Program-made: the position numbers and the translations under genes
Part shown: positions 48,495-58,970 of the stretch, piece after piece
Position numbering within the stretch: the first letter of the stretch is position 1
How the letters are laid out: each line of letters opens with the position of its first letter
The notes under the pieces: generated by a model
Database searches by the model: none
What the model was told of the DNA's origin: nothing
The model's input: only the letters and a program-made list of their open reading frames with translations
Assembly: GCA_964613815.1 (NCBI GenBank)
Contig: CAZTKG010000001.1
Span: 200,895-264,894, forward strand
Origin: an uncultured Gammaproteobacteria bacterium
GTDB lineage: Bacteria; Patescibacteriota; Patescibacteriia; UBA9934
Direction: 5' to 3'
Length of the DNA stretch: 64,000 nucleotides

Positions 48495-51149
48495 TTACAG
48501 CTCTGGAGCTTTTTCGATGGTGATCCCGCCACCTTCCTGGAGAATAATTGCATCTCGTCTCTCGACCTTTCCGCCTAGAATTTCTTCCGCGATTGCGTTT
48601 TCGATCGTCTCTTGAACGACACGTCTGAGTGGACGGGCGCCAAATTTTGGATCGTATCCCTTTTTTGCGAGTTCGATCACAGCTGGCTCTGATGCCTTGA
48701 AGTCGATTCCCTTTTCTTCTAGGCGCTTTGTGACTTTCTTGATCATGATTCTGGCGATAGCGATGATATTTTCCTGCGTGAGCGGCTTGAAGACCACAAT
48801 GCCGTCAAATCGGTTGAGGAACTCTGGCCTGTAGACCTCTTTGAGCTCCTGCTCCATGAGATGCTGCTTGATGGTTTCTGACGGCGTACCTTTTGAGACC
48901 TCGTCTTGGATGTAGGATGTTCCCGCATTTGAGGTCGCGATGAGAATCACGTTTGTGAAGTCGATTGTGTGCCCCAGGCCATCTGTGAGACGGCCGTCAT
49001 CCATGACCTGCAAGAAGAGGTTGAGGATGTCAGAATGCGCCTTCTCAAGCTCATCGAGCAGCACGAGAGCGAACGGGTTTTTGCGCACAGCCTCTGTGAG
49101 TTGACCGGGTTCGCCTGCAGATCCAATGAGGCGCTCGATTGAGGCCTTATCTTGATATTCTGACATGTCAAAACGAAGCATTGACTCTTCGTCTCCAAAG
49201 TAGACCTCTGCCGTCGCCTTAGCTGTCTCTGTTTTCCCGACACCTGTTGGTCCAAGAAAGAGGAAGTTGGCAATTGGACGTTTTTCTGATCGGAGCTCCA
49301 CTCGGGCACGGCGGAGCGCAGCCGCGATTGCGCCCACGGCCTCATCTTGACCAATGACACGTTCGTGAATCTTTGCCTCGAGATTGAGCATCTTCTCACC
49401 CTCATCCTCTGTGACATCTGTTACTTTGACGTGTGTTTTTTGGTTGATAATTGTCGCCACGTCTTGTTTTGCTATACGCGCCCATTCTTGACCGCGCTTT
49501 GCCACGTCATGCGCGACCTCTTTTGCAAGGAGCATCGCCTTTTCTGGAAGGAAGCTTTCGTGCATGTATCGGTCGGAAAACTCCACAATCGCGCGTAAAG
49601 ACTCGTACGTGAAAACAACGTTGTTTTGATGCTCGATGCCGCCGACTCGTGACTGGAGAACGTAGATTGCATTTTCGTGACTCGGCTCTTCGACGATGAT
49701 CTTTTCGAATGTTTTACCAATGACGCCGCGTTCGATGGATTTTGTGTAGGCCTCTGGCGTTGTTGTGGCGATGACGAATGTGTACCCCTTTTCCAATTCT
49801 GAGGCGAGCGCTGCGGAAAGATCTGCCCCGTGTGACCCATCTGCAACTTGCTCGAGACTGTCGATAATGAGCACGATATTTCCCGATCTACCGACTTCTT
49901 GCATCGTGTACAGCAAGCGCTCTTCTGCACCCTGCCCCCCTGATGCACTTGCGATGTGCGGGATGGAGATTCGAATGAGTCTCTTGTCTTTGAGGATTTC
50001 CGGGACACGCTCCTCCGCCATGAGCTCCGCGATTCCGCCGATAATTGCACCTTTTCCTGTTCCTGATTCACCGACGAGCACAACGCTTTTATTTCCCCCC
50101 TCGATCGCGCGCATGATTTGTTCGATTTCTGACTCTCTCCCGATGAGCATTGGGATGCCGCCTTTCACTGCCTTTACGGTAAGATCTTCGGAGACACTGT
50201 CGAGGAATGGCGTTGCAACTGATGTGTAGGCTTTGTTCATGGTCCCTGTAGCCTTGAAGGCGGCTGCGTGACGGCTGTCTTCGTAGCGCTCTTTTAGCCG
50301 GTCCTGGATCCGGACCCATTCGACGCAATACTTCATGTCTTCTTCCTCAATCTTGAGATCAAATAAGAGCTCTTTGATGAAGTCGTCTGCTTTGTAGGCG
50401 CAGTAGATGATGTCGATAGCTCCAACGCGCCTTCGTTTGGATGCAAGAGCGTCCGAAAGTGCGCAAGCGATGACCTGCTGCGCGTCTGCTCCGAAGACAG
50501 TGCTTCCCTGGGGAGACTCTGTGAGGCGACGTTTTATGGGCTCTTTGAGGTCATTAAAACTGATGCCTAGTCGCATAAAAAGACCAGCGACCGCTGAGGA
50601 CTCTAGAGCTCCAGAAAACAGATGAATTGGGAGCGTGCGTGCGTGACCGCTTTGTTTTGCGAGCGCGAACGCGGACTCTACGGATTTGATGCCGTCCTCC
50701 GAGAGGAGACGGATGATGTTTTTCTTTTTTTCGACGACATCTATCGATGGGATTGATACTGGCTTAATGACTGCGCCCTCAGCCGGTGTAGGCATCTTGA
50801 TATACCCGGTCTTTTTTTGGAATGCCCTGTAGAACAGGAAGCATGCGAGCGCGATCGCTATCCAAAGCAGTGAAACGCGGGGAGTTGGCATGCTCCAGGA
50901 GAGGTTTGCGAGCTCGTTTTGGCCGCCTGAGATTGAAAGCCAGCCATATCCGAGGACTGCTCCCGCTAATGCTAGAGCCGATGCGATGTTGATAAGACCA
51001 TTTGCCCACTTCTTCGCTTTTCTTCGCGAGATTCCTCCGGTTGAAAGTTCTTTTTTCCAATACCAAAACACGCCGTTTATGGAAACGCCCCAAATTCCAG
51101 ATGTGGATGATTTTTTTGGAGGCTGTTTGCTTTTTAGGAGATCTTCCAT
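48495..51149 (-). CDS. ClpA/B/C-family AAA+ ATPase with N-terminal TM segments
   Basis: Two TMs, Clp-N domain, GESGTGKG, GPTGVGKT, LLDELEKA, GARPLRR. Confidence 0.9.
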   Translation of the reverse strand: MEDLLKSKQPPKKSSTSGIWGVSINGVFWYWKKELSTGGISRRKAKKWANGLINIASALALAGAVLGYGWLSISGGQNELANLSWSMPTPRVSLLWIAIALACFLFYRAFQKKTGYIKMPTPAEGAVIKPVSIPSIDVVEKKKNIIRLLSEDGIKSVESAFALAKQSGHARTLPIHLFSGALESSAVAGLFMRLGISFNDLKEPIKRRLTESPQGSTVFGADAQQVIACALSDALASKRRRVGAIDIIYCAYKADDFIKELLFDLKIEEEDMKYCVEWVRIQDRLKERYEDSRHAAAFKATGTMNKAYTSVATPFLDSVSEDLTVKAVKGGIPMLIGRESEIEQIMRAIEGGNKSVVLVGESGTGKGAIIGGIAELMAEERVPEILKDKRLIRISIPHIASASGGQGAEERLLYTMQEVGRSGNIVLIIDSLEQVADGSHGADLSAALASELEKGYTFVIATTTPEAYTKSIERGVIGKTFEKIIVEEPSHENAIYVLQSRVGGIEHQNNVVFTYESLRAIVEFSDRYMHESFLPEKAMLLAKEVAHDVAKRGQEWARIAKQDVATIINQKTHVKVTDVTEDEGEKMLNLEAKIHERVIGQDEAVGAIAAALRRARVELRSEKRPIANFLFLGPTGVGKTETAKATAEVYFGDEESMLRFDMSEYQDKASIERLIGSAGEPGQLTEAVRKNPFALVLLDELEKAHSDILNLFLQVMDDGRLTDGLGHTIDFTNVILIATSNAGTSYIQDEVSKGTPSETIKQHLMEQELKEVYRPEFLNRFDGIVVFKPLTQENIIAIARIMIKKVTKRLEEKGIDFKASEPAVIELAKKGYDPKFGARPLRRVVQETIENAIAEEILGGKVERRDAIILQEGGGITIEKAPEL

Positions 51150-51152
51150 ATG

Positions 51153-51524
51153 TTAAAACCAACCGCCGACCCCGTGGTAGGCAATACTTGCCAGTGCAAC
51201 AACAGGGAGTGTGACGTAACAAATCATGATAAGGATGACGAGGACGATCCAGAGCGCAACGCCGATGCTGCGAACAACGATTTGGAAGAGACGGACGAAG
51301 AAGCTGATAATGCGACTTTGCCAATCGCGCATGCCGAACATGGGGACAAAAAGATTTTTGATCCAGACCCCGAGTGAGATAGATTTGGCGTACATTGTAA
51401 TGGAGCGAAGCGCCCATTTGCCGACCATAGCGAGACCCTGGGTGTACCACCAAATTGGCCACCGAATGATGGCTAATGCGGAGTCTGTGATAATGTATCG
51501 CAGCATTTCTAGAAAAGCGTGCAT
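51153..51524 (-). CDS. Conserved membrane protein coupled to the Clp ATPase
   Basis: WWY...KNLFVP...D..SRIISFFVR; ends 3 bp before the Clp start. Confidence 0.75.
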   Translation of the reverse strand: MHAFLEMLRYIITDSALAIIRWPIWWYTQGLAMVGKWALRSITMYAKSISLGVWIKNLFVPMFGMRDWQSRIISFFVRLFQIVVRSIGVALWIVLVILIMICYVTLPVVALASIAYHGVGGWF

Positions 51525-51541
51525 ATGCTGCGTTTAGTATA

Positions 51542-52039
51542 TCATGTGGACGAGCCCGAACGATGCATTGCGAGTTCGTGTGCGGTGATCTTGTCGTTGA
51601 TGAGACGTACATATTTTTGATCCTGACCGCTCACTGTCTCATCTATTCTTTTTATTGTCGCGTTCATGGTCGCCATATCTTGGTCTATTTTCCCCGCCCA
51701 TGTTTGAATGCATTCGTAGATCTCTTTTTTTGCCATATCGACCGTCACATAGATTTCTGCTCTGAGCTCTGTTTTGATTCTGGCCTCAGAAGCCTCTATT
51801 GCTTCAGTGATATCTCTGCCTAGCTCTGTTTTTAGCTCTGTCTTTAGCCTACATTCAGACGCAGCGATCGCATCTAATACCTCTGCCTTGAGTTCAGTCC
51901 GCGATGCCTTGATCGCGTCTAGCACTTCTGCCTTGAGTTCAGTCCGCGATGCCTTGATCGCGTCTAATACCTCTACCTTGAGGCCGGCCCGTGATGCACC
52001 GATTGCACCTAAAATTTCTAACTTGTCGCTTTGTGTCAT
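51542..52039 (-). CDS. Coiled-coil protein with 15-aa tandem repeats
   Basis: KAEVLDAIKASRTEL repeats. Confidence 0.7.
   Translation of the reverse strand: MTQSDKLEILGAIGASRAGLKVEVLDAIKASRTELKAEVLDAIKASRTELKAEVLDAIAASECRLKTELKTELGRDITEAIEASEARIKTELRAEIYVTVDMAKKEIYECIQTWAGKIDQDMATMNATIKRIDETVSGQDQKYVRLINDKITAHELAMHRSGSST
51865..51980. repeat. 45-bp coding tandem repeat
   Basis: TCTGCCTTGAGTTCAGTCCGCGATGCCTTGATCGCGTCTA twice, plus degenerate flanking copies. Confidence 0.8.
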
Positions 52040-52083
52040 AAAAACTTGCTACGATTTAGAATGGGATCTATATCGCATCAACT

Positions 52084-52118
52084 AAAAACACTCTGAAGTC
52101 GTGGCTTAGAGTGTTTTT
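52084..52118. terminator. Terminator-like hairpin downstream of tgt
   Basis: AAAAACACTCT(G)AAG...CTTAGAGTGTTTTT. Confidence 0.55.
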
Positions 52119-52191
52119 CTCTGGCTAGGAGAGATGTGATAATTATAGTTTTTCATCCTGACCCTCGATCGTCAATGATGACTGTGGACAT

Positions 52192-53478
<1,287 letters not shown>

Positions 53479-54078
53479 CTAGCCAGCGAGAAGGCGGCGG
53501 ATCTCGGCGAGGACGGAGGCCGTCTTGTGTTCGAAGCCGCCGTCGCAGGTGACCCGGATTGCTCCTGCGCCCTTGTACACGTCCCATGTTCGCTCGTTCA
53601 ATGCCAGAGCGTACTCTGGCGTTTTCTCGAAGCGGTGTTCGTTGCCATCTGTTCGATTCCAGTCTTCAGGATAGGTATCGAGGAAGATGATCGCATCGTA
53701 CTCCGCAAGGATCGCCTCACGGTCGTACGGCCGCCTGATGAGTCCCTCGATGTAGCCAGGAGGAACGTACGCCTCCCCATCGAGCGGGCTGCGGTCAAGG
53801 ACGATCATCCTGATGCCGCCTTGAATTTCGGCGAGGCGCCTGTGAGCTGGGAGTATTTGCTCTCCGACGATAAATACCGCTGTCTGGAAGGCGTCGAGCA
53901 ATGCCTGGTCTGGCGGATTGCCGTAGCCCGGGAATCCGCCGTCGAGAAGGATGCCGGCTGCCTCGGGAGCGATGAGGACCTGACTGCCGAATTCTTCCCT
54001 GATCATGCGGAGAATGGTCGATTTTCCGCTGCGTGGGCCGCCTGTGATAAGGACGATGATGTATGAAGTGACTGTCAC
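53479..54078 (-). CDS. AAA_28/NadR-like P-loop kinase
   Basis: ITGGPRSGKST, PEAA, LDRSPLD. Confidence 0.8.
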   Translation of the reverse strand: MTVTSYIIVLITGGPRSGKSTILRMIREEFGSQVLIAPEAAGILLDGGFPGYGNPPDQALLDAFQTAVFIVGEQILPAHRRLAEIQGGIRMIVLDRSPLDGEAYVPPGYIEGLIRRPYDREAILAEYDAIIFLDTYPEDWNRTDGNEHRFEKTPEYALALNERTWDVYKGAGAIRVTCDGGFEHKTASVLAEIRRLLAG

Positions 54079-54161
54079 TTTACCTCCAAAGAACGGAGGG
54101 ATGGTACCGATTATTGATATTTCTGTAAAGAAAAATCCGCGAACGAGTCGCGGGTGAGCTG

Positions 54162-54623
54162 CTACGCGGGAGCGTATCCAGCAGTGTCAAAGCAGGCGGG
54201 AACGATGCTGAGCTCGAGGCTGGGGTCCTCGGCGAGAAGGTCGCCGACAGGCCGATCTGTCTGACTGTCGATGAACGGAGCGGCGATTTCGACTTCGCCG
54301 TCCGCATCGCGCTCGTTCTGACCGTAGTCGAAGGTGATCTGCCGATCCTTGTGAATCCACCTGATCGCGACCAGATTGCGCCCATCGACGCATACGGTAG
54401 GCCTTCGACCGTTGTGGTTGGTGAAGCGACCGAAGTCGTCTTCTACGTGGATCGGCCCTTTGTCGTCGCAGCCGATCTGGATGGATGTACGAGTCCGCTG
54501 ACGCGTAGCTGACCCATTCATCGCATGGACGATCTCGCCCACGCGGAAGGACCTCGCTGCGAACAGCGCCATCCCATCTCCAGTCTCGACTGCGAAAACG
54601 TTTCCTTCTGCATCTTTGATCAC
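54162..54623 (-). CDS. Minimal SET domain protein (putative lysine methyltransferase)
   Basis: GMALFA, RFTNH, QITFDY. Confidence 0.8.
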   Translation of the reverse strand: MIKDAEGNVFAVETGDGMALFAARSFRVGEIVHAMNGSATRQRTRTSIQIGCDDKGPIHVEDDFGRFTNHNGRRPTVCVDGRNLVAIRWIHKDRQITFDYGQNERDADGEVEIAAPFIDSQTDRPVGDLLAEDPSLELSIVPACFDTAGYAPA

Positions 54624-54715
54624 ATGCCCTCCTTGGCAAAGAACTGTGGGAGAATATCAGCTCCTGCGATTCTTGTCAATCCTTTTCTGACAAGCGGGTT
54701 CGTGGTACGAATAAG

Positions 54716-55303
54716 ATGTTCATTCCGGAGGCTTTCATGCCAATCTTTCTCTTCTTCGTCTTCCTTGGGCTCGTGTTCTACCTTGGCCTACTTGGCTACC
54801 ATGCCATTGATGAGCAACATAAGGTCGGCCTCCCTGTCTCGCTTTGCATCGTGCTTTTTTCTGCGACCAGCATTGAAATCTCTGGGCTCTCTACTCAGAG
54901 CCGCGTCGTCGCTATCTTGCTCTTCCTGCTTTTGCTTTGCTGGTTTGGCTGGTCAGCCCTTGCTTCGCTCTGTACGCGCAGCGGTGCGCAAGAAGGCTTT
55001 TTCGAGATTCTTCTTGTCGGAATCTGTGCGATGCAAATCCTCGTCAATGACCTTTCTTGGCAGCATCTTGCGATGTCGATTCTTACCTTCTCAACGCAGG
55101 TTATCGAAGCGCGTAATATTCGCCGTGATGGGCGTGATGGGTACAAGATGTTCTGGATCGTTTTGTGTTTTATCCATCTTCTCTTTGCCATGCATCTCCT
55201 GCCGCAATATCCGCAGATTGGCTGGCTCTATGCGTTCTCGATTGGCCTTGCCGGCGTTCTTGGTCCGCTCATTATTGCCCTCAGCACTCCTCGTAGACCT
55301 TAA
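54716..55303 (+). CDS. Hypothetical multi-pass membrane protein
   Basis: 195 aa, about 6-7 hydrophobic segments. Confidence 0.65.
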   Translation: MFIPEAFMPIFLFFVFLGLVFYLGLLGYHAIDEQHKVGLPVSLCIVLFSATSIEISGLSTQSRVVAILLFLLLLCWFGWSALASLCTRSGAQEGFFEILLVGICAMQILVNDLSWQHLAMSILTFSTQVIEARNIRRDGRDGYKMFWIVLCFIHLLFAMHLLPQYPQIGWLYAFSIGLAGVLGPLIIALSTPRRP

Positions 55304-55374
55304 CTGCACAGCCATACCTGATGCGGTTTTTTTATATGCAAAAACCGAGCGTGTGCTCGGTTTTTGATGACTCT

Positions 55375-57339
55375 CTATGCTGAGAGCGGATCGTTTCCTG
55401 TGAGGATCTCCGTGTAATCGTCGTACACATCCCCGTCTGTGTCTTCGTTGTTTGGATCAGTTCCGTACCGTGCCTCTTGGCCGTTCGTGAGACCGTCGCC
55501 ATCGTTGTCGGCGGTCCCACTATCTGTTAGTTCCCAGCGGTTTTTGAGGAGCGTTGAATCTACATCCATGTCAGTGATATCCGTGATCGCGTTCCCTGAG
55601 TAGAACTTACTGAAGTAGGTTGGCTGTACGTCGATGACGTATGCCGCCCAGTCCTCGCCCCAGAGTGCAATCGCGATCTCTTCTGTGCTTACCCATCGCA
55701 TTCGCGGCTTGAAGTCGTCTGAGCTCTGCTCTAATGCGTAGACCTTTGGATCACTTTGAACCTTGATGAGTAGTGACCCCGCCTTTGGAACCATGAGACC
55801 TTCTAGAGTTAGCGCTGAGAGCGTTGCATCTGTGACTTCTTGCACTTCGCTGAATGAGTCTGCCCATGAGAAGTAGCTGTTTTCGTCCATGAATACGCGC
55901 CGTCCGCAGTTCTCTGTGATGTAGTAGACGGATGGGAAATTTGTGCTCTTTACGTATGCTCCGACTGATACTTCTGTAATCTCTTCTTCTTCGCCGGTGA
56001 GTGGGGATGTTCCAGTTCCACTTGGCATTTCGCAGGCTACTGTCGTTGTATCTTCGTCGGTGGTCGTCGTTGAGGTTGATCCGCCTCCGCCGCCTCCTCC
56101 GCCGCCTCCTCCGCCTCCGCTTGAGGTTGTGCCGCTATCTGTTGAAGGAGTTGATGCCGCCTGGAAGGTATCCGCTGATACGTCATCATCTTCGTCAATC
56201 GTGAGATCTGCCGCGTCTGTTGTTTTGATTTCGTAAGTTCCGTCAACTCCAGCGGTTGCTGGGTTTATTATTCCGTCGATCGTGCAAGTTTCTGCCGCAG
56301 CTGACTCGTTTGTTCCCCCAGATCGCGTGATTGTAACTACCTGGCCAGATACCGCTGTTGCGAAGTCTCCATCTACTGTTGAACATGTCGCGTCACTTGC
56401 ACCGCTTACATCGAATACACTTGAGTAGGTTACAACGATTTTCCCGTCTGATGGGATTCCTGTCACCGTCGTGAAGCTGACCGTGTTTTGCTGTGTTTGA
56501 CTCACGATGAGTGTCGCAGGCTGAACGTTTGTACTGGCGAGCGTGCCGATCGTTCTCGTTACCGCAAAGTCGGATAAGGCCGTTGTCGTGAATGAACATG
56601 CGCTGCTCGCGACTGTGCAATTTGAGCCGAGGTCGGTCCATGAACCCTCAGGTCCTCTGTTATAAATATCGAGCGACAAGCCATCATAGAATGCGTCTGT
56701 AACCGCCAGGCTGATTGTCACTGCCGTGTCCGATGATGTATCCGTGCCTTCGTGCCCGAAGTTTACATCCCCTAGAGGGACAAGCGTTGATGAGAGGGCC
56801 CCAGTCGATGCGCTGCCACTTGCTTCAAAACTCGTCCAATCTATGTTTGATGCTGCGGAAAATACCGATCCAGTTGGCACCAGCACCGTATCCGTCCCTG
56901 CCGTTGCCTGAAATGCGAAGTCAAATGTCATGGTTCCTGCCGCTGTGTGATCCGAGGTATTGAATCGTACAACACCTGATCGGTAAAGCTCATCAACGTC
57001 TGCCACTACGACTTCGAACCGCTCGTCGTCAGAGTCCCACGAAAGCCCGCCGCTGTTCCCTATGTCGTACCCTCGACCATACCCGTAGGCGAATGTGTCG
57101 AGATCGTCTCCACCGATTCGGCGACCAGCTGTGTCTCCACTGTCCCATCCGTAGCCTGATCCATACCCGTACCCATACCCGTAACCGAATGACGCGATGT
57201 CGTCGCCGGTCTGCCTGGCGAATTGCGCGTACATAGATGGCACGAATATGAATCCGACGATGAAAAGTATAAATGCAGCAAATGCGATTGCTGCTACTTT
57301 TTCTTCTCTCTGAAGAAAGCCCCTTTTACCCTCTCTCAT
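55375..57339 (-). CDS. Large cell-surface protein (GY repeats, beta domains, poly-Gly linker, C-terminal Ca-binding DxDGDG repeats)
   Basis: N-terminal TM, GYGYGYGYGSGYG, G14 linker, SVYY/KVYAL repeats, DNDGDGL...GTDPNNEDTDGD. Confidence 0.8.
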   Translation of the reverse strand: MREGKRGFLQREEKVAAIAFAAFILFIVGFIFVPSMYAQFARQTGDDIASFGYGYGYGYGSGYGWDSGDTAGRRIGGDDLDTFAYGYGRGYDIGNSGGLSWDSDDERFEVVVADVDELYRSGVVRFNTSDHTAAGTMTFDFAFQATAGTDTVLVPTGSVFSAASNIDWTSFEASGSASTGALSSTLVPLGDVNFGHEGTDTSSDTAVTISLAVTDAFYDGLSLDIYNRGPEGSWTDLGSNCTVASSACSFTTTALSDFAVTRTIGTLASTNVQPATLIVSQTQQNTVSFTTVTGIPSDGKIVVTYSSVFDVSGASDATCSTVDGDFATAVSGQVVTITRSGGTNESAAAETCTIDGIINPATAGVDGTYEIKTTDAADLTIDEDDDVSADTFQAASTPSTDSGTTSSGGGGGGGGGGGGGSTSTTTTDEDTTTVACEMPSGTGTSPLTGEEEEITEVSVGAYVKSTNFPSVYYITENCGRRVFMDENSYFSWADSFSEVQEVTDATLSALTLEGLMVPKAGSLLIKVQSDPKVYALEQSSDDFKPRMRWVSTEEIAIALWGEDWAAYVIDVQPTYFSKFYSGNAITDITDMDVDSTLLKNRWELTDSGTADNDGDGLTNGQEARYGTDPNNEDTDGDVYDDYTEILTGNDPLSA

Positions 57340-57441
57340 AATAAAATATTGTCTGTTTGATTGAAGTATACATGAGGGGCTCCTGATAGCCGCGGCGATT
57401 ATCCACACGGACGATCACGAGATGTATTAAGGTGTAGGCGT

Positions 57442-58968
57442 ATGACATTCATGAAAGGTAGACTTATTTGGATCGTGCTCAGCGTGATATTGAGTTTTGG
57501 ATTTATTTTGCGGGTTCATGACCTTGGGCATGACTCGCTTTGGATTGATGAGGGGTTTACGGTGAATGCGGCGCTCGAGACTTTGGAGAAGGGCTATCCC
57601 GAGCTTGATTCTGGACTTCTTTATAAACGCGGGATTGTGAGCACGTATTTAATTGCTGGATCCATTGGATTGTTTGGTGAGGGTCATGTGCCGAGTCGGA
57701 TGCCCAGTGTTTTGATCGGGACAGGGTTTATTGCGCTGATTTTTTTCTTTGCACGTACGTTATTTTCGACACCCGTTGCCCTTTATAGCTCGGCGCTGAT
57801 CGCGCTTTCGCATTTTTGCATTGCGTGGAGTCGGCAGGCGCGTATGTATATGAGTTTTGTGTTTTTGGTTTTTGCGGCGCTGTACGCGTTTTGGCTTTTG
57901 ATGGAGCGGTTTACGTGGTGGCGGCTTGGGGGGGTTTTGATTTTTACTGTTTTTGCCATTTTGGAACATTCGCTAGGACTCGTCTTGATTCCTGTGTTCT
58001 TTTTGATGGGAGCATTGAGTGCGTGGCTCCGGGCGCGCTCTTCTGGCCTGGGGCTCTTCACCTATGCGTCCACAGCTTTCAAATCTCAACTTCCTGATCA
58101 CGCTTCTCGTTTTGTCGTTCTGAGCCTTGTGTTCTTTTTGTTTGGGCTCCTGCTGAAGCTTGGGGTGCCATATATTGAGACTTCGCTGATCCCGCACGCG
58201 TTCGCTGTGAGCGATGTGTATCGACGATTTGTCCTGCAAAGCTATCTCGCTGCGCTCATCGGCGCTGGACTCGCGCTTTCCATTGCCCTTTTTCGTGAGC
58301 GAGACCATCGCCCCTTCTACTTCTTAGCACTTGCGTTTATTGTGCCGTTTTTGATCGTGAGTGTTGGGACGGATGTTTTTGCTGGGCGCTATTTGTTTGT
58401 GACGCTACCGACCCTGCTCGTTTTGACCGCGTATGCAATCTGGCAGACCTCGATTGCGCTATGGACCGAGGATCGACTTCGGGTTGCAGGATCGGTTTTG
58501 ATCACCGTCACCATTCTCTGGCTTGGAAACTTTTCCACAGGGCTTGCGTCATCTTACCGTCTTGAAATGCGAACACCGCAGCCGGACTTCTTTCGGGCGT
58601 ATGAAGCAATTAAAGCCTACGGCGCTTCTGATGAGAGTGTAATCATTTCTCCTTATACACAAATGGATCGCGTCTATCTTGGACAGACGGACTTTTGGCT
58701 GCCGATTTCTTATTCTGGAAAGGTTGATGAGATCGCTGGACAGATGACCTCGACGGGCCGACGCGATATTTATAACAACACGCCATTCATAGAGAACCTT
58801 GACCATTTACGTCGCATTGCTCAAAATGGAGATGGTTTTATTGTTCTAGATTCCATGGCCATGCACCGCGTGTCGCCGTTTTATCTCGACTATATCTTTG
58901 TTGAGTACGAGTTGATATTTCACGATCAAGGAGGGTCTTTACACGATATTTGGGTGTTTGAATTCTAG
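57442..58968 (+). CDS. GT-C fold (PMT/GT39-like) glycosyltransferase
   Basis: LWIDE, RMPS, WSRQARMY, RY; many TMs. Confidence 0.85.
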   Translation: MTFMKGRLIWIVLSVILSFGFILRVHDLGHDSLWIDEGFTVNAALETLEKGYPELDSGLLYKRGIVSTYLIAGSIGLFGEGHVPSRMPSVLIGTGFIALIFFFARTLFSTPVALYSSALIALSHFCIAWSRQARMYMSFVFLVFAALYAFWLLMERFTWWRLGGVLIFTVFAILEHSLGLVLIPVFFLMGALSAWLRARSSGLGLFTYASTAFKSQLPDHASRFVVLSLVFFLFGLLLKLGVPYIETSLIPHAFAVSDVYRRFVLQSYLAALIGAGLALSIALFRERDHRPFYFLALAFIVPFLIVSVGTDVFAGRYLFVTLPTLLVLTAYAIWQTSIALWTEDRLRVAGSVLITVTILWLGNFSTGLASSYRLEMRTPQPDFFRAYEAIKAYGASDESVIISPYTQMDRVYLGQTDFWLPISYSGKVDEIAGQMTSTGRRDIYNNTPFIENLDHLRRIAQNGDGFIVLDSMAMHRVSPFYLDYIFVEYELIFHDQGGSLHDIWVFEF

Positions 58969-58970
58969 CT

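Noticed and set aside
56080-56121. CCG/CCT microsatellite as a contingency locus
   Set aside because: In-frame imperfect triplets encoding a Gly linker; length change would not switch frame
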